Positions 1 through 13,409 of a DNA stretch of 64,000 nucleotides are shown piece by piece (positions within the stretch are counted from its first letter, which is position 1; every line of letters starts with the position of its first letter). The position numbers and the translations under genes were made by a program. The DNA is from Eledone cirrhosa (lineage: Eukaryota), in contig OZ024744.1 in the NCBI GenBank assembly GCA_964016885.1, positions 66,712,001-66,776,000 of the forward strand, given 5' to 3'. A model generated the notes under the pieces. That model was not told the origin of the DNA. It worked only from the letters and a program-made list of their open reading frames with translations, and did no database searches.

Positions 1-2
1 TA

Positions 3-786
3 ACAGCAACAACCCCAGCAACAGTAGCAAAACCACCACCACTACCACCACCAGCAAAACCAACACCACCACCACCCAACGCTTCAGAACTAGCACCAGC
101 GCCTACACCATCCACCACACCACAACCAAAACTAACGGCTGTGGAGGATTTTCCACTCCCCGGCCTATCACAACTGGAGACAGATTGTGACGACGAGGAG
201 TGGGAAACGATATCCGGAAAAAAAAAAAGAAACCAAAAAAGAAAAAATTCTCTTCCTTCCCCCATCCAAAAACAAAATACAGAGGGAAACAAATAAACTA
301 AGAAACAAAAAAGTTAGGACAGATATGCCACCATCCACACCAGCATCACCAACCCCATCAACCCAAACACCAACACCATCACCATCATTATCCCCAGCAC
401 CACCATCACCTACACCACAAAAGTCACCAAAAAGCGAAACAGAAACAAACCCACAACAAACGCAAACAAAACAAAACAACCAAAACGATACACACTACAC
501 AGCATTAAATTTGAACAACAAGCAATTATTACACTACATCCAACACAACACCAGCATCACAGAAAAAGACTACACAACAACCCCAAAATTCACACCACCT
601 CCACACATACAAATCACTCGCATCACACAGAAAACGTACATGACACTAAAACAAAAATTCCCCAAAGACATCGGAGACTTCCGACAAGCACTCTCCAGGA
701 GGATTTATAAGGACATCCTTCCTGAGGAGGCCACAAGCAGTGAAAAGGATGGAAAAGCCGTCCTTCCCCTACGAGAAGTAAGGTAA
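3..786 (+). pseudogene. Putative C-terminal part of ORF1 of the Tx1-like element (Pro/Thr-rich, one apparent frameshift near 260-300)
   Basis: Frame 3 is open from the window start and reads ...DDEEWETISGKKKR, a W-x-x-V/I-x-x-K/R-rich motif common in LINE ORF1 proteins, to a TAA at 294-296. ORF 187-786 continues in another frame and stops 34 bp before the ORF2 ATG. Confidence 0.55.
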
Positions 787-820
787 GTGGTCTTTCCCAT
801 CTTTTCCACTCCTTTTCAAC

Positions 821-3800
821 ATGACCTCACTCAGAATAGGCAGCATAAATGCGCGTGGCTTGGGGTCGTCATGGAAGCAGGGCCACCTGCTCAACGACCT
901 CAGGTCACTAAACATAGATGTAGTGGCCATCAGCGAGACCAGAATCTCCGAAGCACAGGCTTTCGCACCGATCTTCGGCGGCTACGATGTGTACGCATCT
1001 CCCAGCCGTCCGGGATCGGGGGGAGGAGTTGCTGTGCTTTTTCGGAGAGGTTTGGATCTTGCCATACGGGCCATCTTCCTGGACCCAGAAGGTAAGTTGG
1101 TGGTGCTGGACGTGACCAGCGGAGACGGGCAAGCTTTCAGGTTAGTGGCCGTCTATTCCCCGACAGGAGCAGGGCGGCCTGATTTCTTCCGGCGTCTGGA
1201 GACCTTTCTTGGAACGTCCCGCTCTTTAGTGTTAGTGGGCGACTGGAACGGGATCTTAGATGCACGCTGGGATTGTGTGGGATTAGTGGATAGGGAAGGA
1301 GGGTGCAAGAGTCTCACCAACCTGCTCAGACGTTTTGAACTGTCTGACAGGTACCGAATGGATTTCCCGAATGTACCAATGTGGACTTGGACAAATCGCA
1401 TAGGGTCATCCAGATCATATCTAGATAGAGTATTTTGTAGGGAAATAGATAGGTCTAGCATAGGCTGTCCACAATTCAAGATAGTCAGCTACACGGACCA
1501 CAAATTCGTGATCTGTGTGCTTGACTTAGATAGGCTTCATAGACGAGGACCCGGCTACTGGAAGTTAAACGCGTCCTTACCAGCGCGCAAGGCCTACAGA
1601 GACCGGATTAGCGAACTAGTTAAGCGGGCGTTGACGGGGGCCATCGTCAACAACAAGTGGTGGTTTGCTCTGAAAAGAGCAATTAGAATAGAGTCCATTA
1701 GGTTTAGTAAGACTTTAGCAATAGAGAAAAATAGAGCAGAAGGAGAATTAGTTAGAAAATTAGATGAGGCGCTTAGCAAAGGCATCGCGACCGACGTACT
1801 TGCGGCGAAATTGGCCCTTGACCAATTCTTCAATGCAAAGCACGAAGGCTGCATTGTCAGAGCTAGGGTGCGTGCTCTCAGACACGAGGGGACAAAAGCC
1901 GTTCAATGGGCCCGAGTGGCGGAGGCGCGTCGTGGCAACAAAGCCACGATCCGATCTTTGGTGGACCACGACGGGCGCATGCTACTCGACCCGGGCAAAT
2001 GTGTGAAGCTTTTCAGCGACACTTCGCTCAACTGTTCGGGGGCAGTGGCGGGCCGGATCGAGGGATGGACTTTAGTGTCTACCTCGACGGACTGCCGCGG
2101 CTTTCGGCCACTGATGCGGAGTGTTGCGAAAAGCCGATAACAACCGCTGAAGTACGGGATGCAATGACTAGTTGCACAAGGGGTAAATCGCCTGGTTTGG
2201 ATGGTCTGCCCTATGAACTTTACGTACAAATGCCAAACTTGTTCGGAGGCCTCTTGGCGGACGTCTACTGCAACTGGCAACAGAACGGGAGAATTCCCAG
2301 CTCTGTGAGCCGAGGAGCGGTGGCGCTGCTGAGAAAGGATCCGAACAAGGGGGATAACATAGATAATTTTAGGCCCATAACTCTGCTAAACACAGAGTTC
2401 AAGATTTTGGCCAAGGTGCTAGCAAAGAGGTTGGCGCTTGTCGTTGGTGGTCTGGTGGGAGAGGCACAGACATGCGCCATTCCCGACAGATCCATCCACG
2501 ACAACCTCCACCTCATGCGATACATCGTAGAGAGGGTAGCTAGGGAACCTGGCACGGGTGGGTCTTTGATCAATTTAGATCAGTCGAAAGCCTTCGATAG
2601 GGTCGACCATCGTTACCTAACGGCAGTCCTGAGGGCGGCTGGCTTTGGGCCCGTCTTCAGAGGCTGGATCGCTGCCATGCACAGCGACATCTGCTCTGTA
2701 GTGAGAGTGAACGGTCACCTTTCGGAACCGTTCAACATCATGCGCTCGGTCCGCCAAGGATGTCCCCTCTCTTCCCTATTGTACGTATTGACTCTCGAGC
2801 CATTACTGCACAAACTGGAGACGTTGAGGGGGGTCCCGCGCGAACTAGGATACGGAAGATCCGTGTCAGCATATGCGGAGGATGTCACTGTAGTGGTGTC
2901 GAACGCCAAACACATCGAGGCGATCGGCACTACACTAAGAGAATACGAAGCGGTGACAGGAGCAATGATCAACCAGGAAAAGTCGGTGGGCCTGCAGCTC
3001 GGCACCTGGAGAGGCAGGTCCATGCCGTCCAACAGCGTTGTCGGGCACTGGACGGACCGGTTAAATTGCTAGGGGTCTGGTTCGGTCCAGACCTCCAGAC
3101 GGACAAAAACTGGGACGAGGAGACGAGCAGGGTGGCTTCTCTCACCCAGAAATGGGCCGAGAGGAAGCTATCCCTGAAAGGTCGAGCGGAGCTGGCTAAC
3201 GCGTACATCGCGTCCGTCATCTACTACCGCCTGACCGTCGTACCTTGTCCTAAGTCCCGCCTGACTGCGCTGGAGCGTTTGCTCTTTCGCTTCTTGTGGA
3301 AGGGACGCGCTCCGATGGTCAGGCGGTCCATTTGCTGTCAACACCCGCTACGTGGAGGGCTGGGCATGCCGTGGCTGATGATGCGCAGACACGCGCTCAG
3401 GCTACGACATCTCCACCTCTTCCTCGACGGTGATCAGGTGTGGTCGCCGTTTGCTAGACACGTTTTTCCCCAGCTCGTCTCAGTGACGGAGCTGCAGTCC
3501 TGGGTCAAGCGAAGACCAAGAGGGAGCGCTTGGAGACTGGAATGTCTTCAGGCGCTCACAGCCCTCGACCAATCGGGCAATGTGATCGGTGGAAACTCCA
3601 CCTTGGCGTTCTATAGGGGATTAGTGGAGGGGAAGAGCGACGACGTACTTGGAGAAACTCTAGGCGTCAACGAAAATCAACTAGCCAATCTATTCGGAAG
3701 GACTTTCGGGCCGGGGCCTATGGACAATTTCCAGAAATCCCTGGCCTGGCAGTGCTACCGGGGTGCTTTGCCAGTTCGGGATAAACTCTACAGGCATGGA

Positions 3801-4235
3801 GGTGACGTCAGCCGGGCATGTCCGAGATGCGCACAGGGCGACGAAACCGTCCTGCACGCACTCGTCCAGTGTCCGAGCATTGCTGACTTGTGGGTTTATG
3901 TCGAACACCTGCTGTCACGTGTAGGACGGATCCTGCTATCAGCTGAGTCCATCATGAGGATTGCCCCGCCCTCTTCCTTTAGCCGGGAAGGGCAGGGAGT
4001 TTTTATCTGTCTGGTGGCCATGGCGAAAGAGATAGTATGGTGGACACGTTTGAAAGGGCTGAAGACGAGCACTTACCTCTTCCGTGATGCCCTGATTAAC
4101 TTTTTCAAATTTTATTTGAAAAGGAAAATCAGGGTAGAGAGGGAAGTGCTCTCTTCCCAGCATTTTGTTGAAAGATGGGTGAGAGAAGCAAGTATGGCCC
4201 GAATGAATGGGCCTTCTCTGAGTATGTGTCTGTAA
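821..4235 (+). pseudogene. ORF2 (APE endonuclease - reverse transcriptase - CCHC zinc knuckle), disrupted by two frameshifts (~2000 and ~3055)
   Basis: APE motifs SINARGL, ISETR, LVGDWN, SYLDR, TDH. RT motifs KSPGLDG, FRPITLLN, DQSKAFDRV, VRQGCPLS, and YAED in place of YADD. C-terminal CPRC..ETVLHALVQC. Split over ORFs 821-2140, 1906-3072 and 2760-4235. Confidence 0.93.
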
Positions 4236-4476
4236 ATTAAAGGTGGAAAACTGGGAGAGGGCACTTGCCCTGGTGGTCAGGGTCACTGTGGTCTTTTAAT
4301 GGGCTTTCTCCACAAATGTCCCTCGGAAGTCTCCCCCCTATTGGGGAATTTTTCTTTGTTATTTTATTACATCCTCTGTTTTTTACACGCAGAAATGCCC
4401 ATTTGTACCGTCCTGTATTGTCCTGTACTGTCCTTAATGTCTACTTTATGTAAACCCTTGTGGTTAATAAAGAAAA

Positions 4477-4477
<1 letters not shown>

Positions 4478-4540
<63 letters not shown>
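4478..4540. repeat. (ATT)n microsatellite, 21 units, between two convergent LINE 3' ends
   Basis: Direct reading. Confidence 0.97.
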
Positions 4541-5185
4541 GTTCTTTGAGTCTCAGTCATTGATGTTAGTTAACTGGAAAGTTTGTTGAAATGAATATCA
4601 AGCCGCTACCTGCAGCCTCAGTCATTCAGGACTTATTTGAGGGTTCTTGCTGTTCCCAGCAAGCATGCCTTTTGAAGTGTTCCAAAAAGCGGGGCTGGAC
4701 TAATCTTCTTTAACCATCCTTGGAAACTCCTTGAGATAGTACCTAGTGCTCCTATGACAATCGGGACCACTTTGATTTCATGGCAGTTCCAAATCCTTTT
4801 TAACTCCCACTTTAAGTCGTAGTATCGGTTAATTTTCTCCCTCTCCTTTTCTTGCACTCTTGTGTCAAATGGGCAGGCAGCATCTACAATCAGGCACGAT
4901 CTTTTTTCCTTGTCCAAAACCACCAGGTCAGTCCTATTGTGTTCCAGTTTCTTGTCCGTCTGTATCCTAAAATCCCACAGCACCTTCACCTGATCGTTTT
5001 CTATCACTGATGCTCATACCACTTCTCAGAATGTTGTAAATTGTTTACTTTGCATAGGTGCCAGTGGATCACCCTGCCCATCACATCATGTCTCCAGCTT
5101 TTATAGTGAGTCTGGGCTAGGTGTTTACACTCGGATACAATGTGAGCCACAGACTCCTCTCTCTCCACAGATCCTACACAGTGAG
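4541..5185 (-). mobile_element. 5'-truncated Dong/R4-clade non-LTR retrotransposon fragment (CCHC + restriction-like endonuclease + 3' UTR)
   Basis: Minus strand reads CRICGEREESVAHIVSEC...WRHD...HWHLC, then ORF 4633-5007 LWDFRIQTD..HNRTDLVV..IVDAACPFD..EKINRYYDL..VVPIVIGALG..LQKACLLGTA. It is followed by (TAA)n. Confidence 0.88.
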
Positions 5186-5189
5186 CGGG

Positions 5190-6200
5190 TCAATAAAATA
5201 AAGTACTATATTTGGTTGGTGGATTGGCAGTATCGGTAGAGGGTCGGACGCCATGCTTTGACGCATAGAGTTACGGCCCTTGCTATTCTGAGTTCAAATC
5301 CTGCCGAGGTTAACTTTGCTTTTCATCCTTACCGGATCGATAAAATAAAGTACCAGTAATACATTGGGTAATTGCTGGCCTTGTGCCTAACGCAGAAACA
5401 ATTATTTGGCTGGTGGATCGGCAGAATTGCTAGAGCATCAAACAAAATGCTTTGTGATATTTCAACATTCTGTGTTCAAAGTTCAACCTACCAAGGTCAA
5501 CTTTGCCTTTTCTCTTTCTGGTGTTAATGAATTGAAATACCCTCAAGTAGAGATGTCGATTTAATCTACTTTCCTCTCAACCAAATTGCTGGCCTTGTGC
5601 CTAAATCAGAAATTGGCAGTATCAGTAGAGTATCAGACACCCTGCTTTACGGCATAGAGTTACGGCTCTTTATGTTCAAGTCCCGCTAAGGTTGGCTTAG
5701 TCTTTCGACCTTAAGAGGGTTGATAAAATAAAGTACCAGTAACACACTGGTATTGATTTAATCGACTTTCCCCTCCCTCCAAATTGTTTGCTTTGTACCT
5801 AAACCAGAAACCATTATTTGGCAGTATGGCGGTGAATTGGCAGTATCGGTAGAGGGTTGGACGCCATGCTTTGATGCACAGTTACGTCCCTTTACAGTCT
5901 GAGTTCAAATCCCGCCGAGGTTAACTTTGCCTTTCATCCTTACGGGGTGGATAAAATAAAGTACCAGTAATGTACTTGGTAATTGCTGACCTTGTGCTTA
6001 AAGTAGAAACACTTATTCGGCAGTATCGGTAGAGGGTCAGACACTATGGTTTGCAGCATAGAGTTACGGCCCTTTACGTCCTGTGTTCAAACCCGCTGAG
6101 ATTTTAATTTTACCTTTCGTCCTTACGGAGTCGATAAAATAAAGTACCAGTAATACACTGGGGATAATTGCTGGCCTTGTGCCAAAAGTAGAAACAATTA
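5190..6200 (+). mobile_element. Head-to-tail array of about five ~190-210 bp tRNA-derived SINE units (family A; central domain resembles Meta/MESC-type SINE cores)
   Basis: Each unit has an A-box-like TGGCAGTATCGGT, a B-box-like GAGTTCAAATCC, the core CTTTGCCTTTCATCCTTACGGGGTCGATAAAATAAAGTACCAGT, and the end GGCCTTGTGCC...AGAAACAATTA. Superfamily assignment is from recall, not a search. Confidence 0.82.
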
Positions 6201-6269
6201 CAATGACCTCTGTTCCACAGAATTCTTTAGATTTGTATCATCACCTGGTTACTCAAATTCCTTCTGCCT

Positions 6270-7160
6270 CCACCACTACCACCACCACCACATCATCATC
6301 ATCATCACCACCACCACCACCACTTCAACCACTTCAACCATCACCACCACCATCATCACCATCACCACCACCACCACCACTTCAACCATCACCACCACCA
6401 TCATCACCACCACCACCACTTCAACCATCATCACCAACATCATCACCAATACCACCACCACCACCACATCATCATCACCATTACCAACACCACCACTTCA
6501 ACCATCACCACCACCATCATCACCATTACCAACACCACCACTTCAACCATCACCGCCACCATCATCACCATTAACACCACCACCACCACATCATCATCAC
6601 CATTACCAACACCACCACTTTAACCATCACCCCCACCATCATCACCATCATCACCATTACCATCACCACTACCACCACCACCACTTCAACCACCACCATC
6701 ACCATTACTACCACCATTACCACGACCACCACTTCAACCATCACCACCACCATCATCACCATTAACACCACCACCGCCACTTCAACCATCACCACCACCA
6801 TCATCACCATTACCACCATCACAACCATCACCACCACCACCACCACAATCACCACCACCACCGCCACTACCACCAACAAGACCACTACAACCACCATCAT
6901 CACCACCACCATCGCCACCAACACTATCACCACCATTACTACCACCATCACCACCATCAGTTCCATCATCATTACGACCACTACAACCATCACCATCACT
7001 ATTACCACAATCACCACCACCACCATCATCACCATTACCATCAACACCACTACAACCATCACCACCACCACCACTATTAAACACCACCAGCAGAACAACA
7101 ACAACAACAACAACAGCGATAACCTCACCAACGCCGACCTCTTACCACCACCATCACCTT
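6270..7160. repeat. (CAC/CAT)n compound trinucleotide low-complexity tract
   Basis: Direct reading. Confidence 0.93.
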
Positions 7161-7419
7161 TTCTCTATTGTGACTCTTATGAAAGCACAATATGAAGTCT
7201 TTCTGTCATGTAGTCCTTTTTCAGAAGTTAAATCATGCTCATATTCCGCCCGCATACGCCCACCCCTCTACCGTCCTTAACTCACCGCCACCGCTCCCAC
7301 CCTACGTAACAACTCCCCATATTCCCCCTCCCCATACCACCTCCTACAACTGCCCACCAACCCCACATATATCTCAATCTAACAACAATTCAGTATGAAT
7401 ATTTAACTACACCTGACCT

Positions 7420-10400
7420 CACACCACACCACACTACACCACACTACACTACACCACACTACACCACACCACGCGACACCACACCACACTACACTACACT
7501 ACACCACACTACACAACACTACACAATACCACACTACACCACATTACACAACACCACACTACACCACACTACACAACACTACACAACACCACACTACACC
7601 ACATTACACAACAGTACACCACACGACAACACACTAGACTACACCACACCACACTACACTACACGACACCACACTACACCATACCACACTACACCACAAT
7701 ACACCACACCACACCACACTACACCACACTACACCACACCACACTACACCACACTACACAACACTACACAACACCACACCACACTACACGACACCACACC
7801 ACAACACACTACACCACACTACACCACACTACACCACACTACTCCACACTACACCACACTACACTACACAACACCACATGACACAACACCACATGACACT
7901 GCACCACACTACACCACACTACTCCACACTACACAACACCTCATGACACAACACCACACTACACAACACCACACAACACCACACCACACAACACGACATG
8001 ACACTACACCACATGACACTACACCACACCACACCACACCAAACTACAGCACACCACTCCACACTACACAACACCACATGACACAACACCACACCACATT
8101 ACTCAACACCACACCACACCACACCACACCACACCACACCACACTACTGAACACCACATGACACTACACCACACCAAACTACTCCACACTACACAATACC
8201 ACATGACACAACACCACACTACACCACACCACACTACGCAACACCACATGACACAACACTGCACCACACTAAACCACACTACACCTCGCTACTCCACACC
8301 ACACCACACCACTCCACACTACACAACACCACATGTCACAACAACACATGACACTACACCACACCACACTGCACCACACTACTCCACACCACACCACATC
8401 ACACCACACCACACTACACTATACCACATCACACTACATCACACTACACCACACCACACCACCACACCACGACACCACACCACATTACACCACACCACAT
8501 TACACCACACCACACCACCACCACACCACACCACACCACACTACCCCACACTACTCCATACCACACCACACCACATCACAGCACACCACTCCACACTACA
8601 CAACACCACATTACACACCACCACATGACACCACACCACACCACACGACACCACACGACACCACACTACACCACACTACACCACACTACTCCACACCACA
8701 CCACACCACAACACTCCACACTACACAGCACCACATGTCACAACACCACATGACACTACACCACACCACACTACACCACACTACTCCACACCACACTATA
8801 CCACACCACTCCACACTACACAACACCACATGTCACAACACCACATGACAATACACCACACCACACTACACCACGCTACACCACACTACTACACACCACA
8901 CCACACCACTCCACACTACACAACACCACATGACACCACACCACACCACACTACACCACACTACACCACACTACTCGACACCACACCACTCCACACTACA
9001 CAACACCACATGTCACAACACCACATGACACTACACCACACCACACCACACTACACCACACTACACCACACTACTCCACACCACACCACTCCACACTACA
9101 CAACACCACATGTCACAACACCACATGACACTACACCACACTACACCACACCACACCACACCACACTACACCACACTACTCCACACCACACCACTCCACA
9201 CTACACAACACCACATGTCACAGCACCACATGACACCACACCACGCTACACCACAGTTCACCACACTACTCCACACAACACCACATGTCAGAAGACCACA
9301 TGACACTACACCACACCACACCACACTACACGACACTACACCACACCATTCCACACTAAACAACACCACCACACCACCACATGACACTGCACCACACCGC
9401 ACATACTACACCACACTACTCCACACCACACCACTCCACACTACACAACACCACATGTTACAACACCACATGCCACTACACCACACCACACTACACCACA
9501 CTACACCATATTACTCCACACCACACCACACCACACCACATGTCAGAACACCACATGACACTACACCACACCACACCACACAACACCACATGTCACAACA
9601 CTACATGACACTACACCACACCACACTACACCACACTACTCCACACCACACCACACCACACAACACCACATGTCACAACACCACATGACACTCTACCACA
9701 CCACACCACTCTACACCACACTATACCACAGCACACCACAATACACCATATTACACCACACCACTCCACACTACACAGCACCGCATGACACTACACGACA
9801 CTACACCACACTACACCAGATGTCACAACACCACATGACACTACACCACACTACACCACACTACTCCACACAACACCACACCACACCACACAACACCACA
9901 TGTCCCAACACCACATGACACTACACCACAACACACTAGACCACACCACAATATACCACACCACACTACACTACACCACACTACACAACACCACATGACA
10001 CTACACCACACTACACCACACTACTCCACACTACACAACACCACATGACACAGCACCGAACTACACCACACCACACAACACCACACCACACTACACCACA
10101 CTACTGAACACCACATGACACAACACCACATGACACTACACCACACCACACTACTCCACACTACACAATACCACATGATACAACACCACACTACACCACA
10201 CCACACTACGCAACACCACATGACACAGCACTACACCACACTACTCCACACCACACCACACCACACCACACCACTCCACACTACACAACACCACATGTCA
10301 CAACACCACATGACACTACACCACACCACACAACACTACACCACACCACATGTCATAACACCACATGACACTACACCACACCACACTACACCACACTACA

Positions 10401-12040
10401 CCACACTACTCCACACCACATCACACTACACCACACTACACTACACCACATCACACTACACCATACTACACCACACCACACCACCACACCACACCACCAC
10501 ACCACACCACACCACATTACACCACACCACACCACCACCACACCACACCACCACCACACCACAGCACAGCACACCACACTACCCCACACTACTCCACACC
10601 ACATCACACCACACCACTCCACACTACACAACACCACATTACACACCACCACATGACACTACACCACACTACACCACACTACTCCACACACATCACAACA
10701 CTCCACACTACACAGCACCACATGTCACAACACCACATGACACTACACCACACTACACTACACCACACTACACCACACTACTCCACACCACACCACTCCA
10801 CACTACACAACACCACATGACACAACACCAAACCACACCACACTACACAACACTACACCACACTACTCCACACCACACCACTCCACACTACACAACACCA
10901 CATGTCAGAACACCACATGACACTACACCACACAACACCACACTACACAACACCACCACACCACCACATGACACTACACCACACTACACCACACTACTCC
11001 ACACCACACCACACCACTCCACACTACACAACACCACATGTCACAACACCACATGATACTATGCCACACCACACCACACTACACCACACTAAACCACACT
11101 ACTCCACACCACACCACACCATACCACACCACTCCACACTACACAACACCACCTGACACAACACCACACCACACTACACTACACTATTCTACACAACACC
11201 ACTCCACACTACACAACACCACATGTCACAACACCACATGCCACTACACCACACCACACTACACCACACCACATGTCACAACACCACATGACATTACACC
11301 ATACCACACCACACTACAGCACACTACACCACATTACTCCACACCACAGCACACCACACAACACCACATGTCAGAACACCACATGACACTACACCACACC
11401 ACACCCCACCACACCACACAACACCACATGTCACAACACCACATGGCACTACACCACACCACACTACACCACACTACACCACACTACTCCACACCACACC
11501 ACACCACACAGCACCACATGTCACAACACCACATGACACTCTACCACACCACACCACACCACTCTACACCACACTACACCACACCACTCCACACTACACA
11601 ACACCGCATGACACAACACCACACCACACTACACCACATGTCACAACACCACATGACACTACACCACAGCACACCACAATACACCACATTACACCACACC
11701 ACTCCACACTACACAACACTGCACCACACTACACCACACCACACCACACTACACCAGATGTCACAACACCACATGACACTACACCACACTACACCACACC
11801 ACACCACACCACACTACACCACATGTCACACCACCACATGATACTACACCACACTACACAACACCACACCACACCACATTACACCACACTACACCACACC
11901 ACACCACACCACACTACACCAGATGTCACAACACCACATGACACTACACCACACTACACAACACCACATGACACCACACCACACCACATTACACCACACT
12001 ACACCACACCACACCACACTACACCACACTACACCACACC
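7420..12040. repeat. 4.6-kb degenerate pentamer array (CACAC/CACTA/CACAA) with recurring ACAACACCACATG subunits
   Basis: Direct reading; source of the His/Thr-rich spurious ORFs. Confidence 0.95.
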
Positions 12041-12284
12041 TTGTCATCCTTATCACCCTAACAGTCTAAGAAAAGTCTGAAAATGTTTATGAGAACAGCA
12101 CAAACCCCGCCGCCACCCCGATACCCTTCATCCACCTCCCCTCTTCCTCCCTTTCTTCAGCTCAGCTCCCTCCCCTACTTCTTTACCACCACCGCCACCA
12201 CCACCACAGTATGACCAATAAAAGAAAGAAAGATCCATATACAAAGCCAAATGCATGATCAAATACCCACACCCATATATCCAT

Positions 12285-13220
<936 letters not shown>

Positions 13221-13409
13221 ACTTATACAATTCTATGTGCACAGTAAAAAAGGACACATGGTTATAAATACTTTCACCTTTATATAAAGACTTATACTGT
13301 GTCAAAAGAAATTATATATTAATTCATGCAATGAAGCATAATAAAAAAAAAAACATAAAAAAAAGACATTTCCTCTGGAAAAAAAATATCAATAACAAAA
13401 ATAATCTCA

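Larger units (their letters stand above)
1..4477 (+). mobile_element. L1/Tx1-clade non-LTR retrotransposon (5' end outside window); ORF1 tail, frameshifted ORF2, 3' UTR
   Basis: APE endonuclease, RT and C-terminal CCHC domains in order. T-rich 3' UTR ends TTAATAAAGAAAAC immediately before (ATT)n. Confidence 0.92.
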
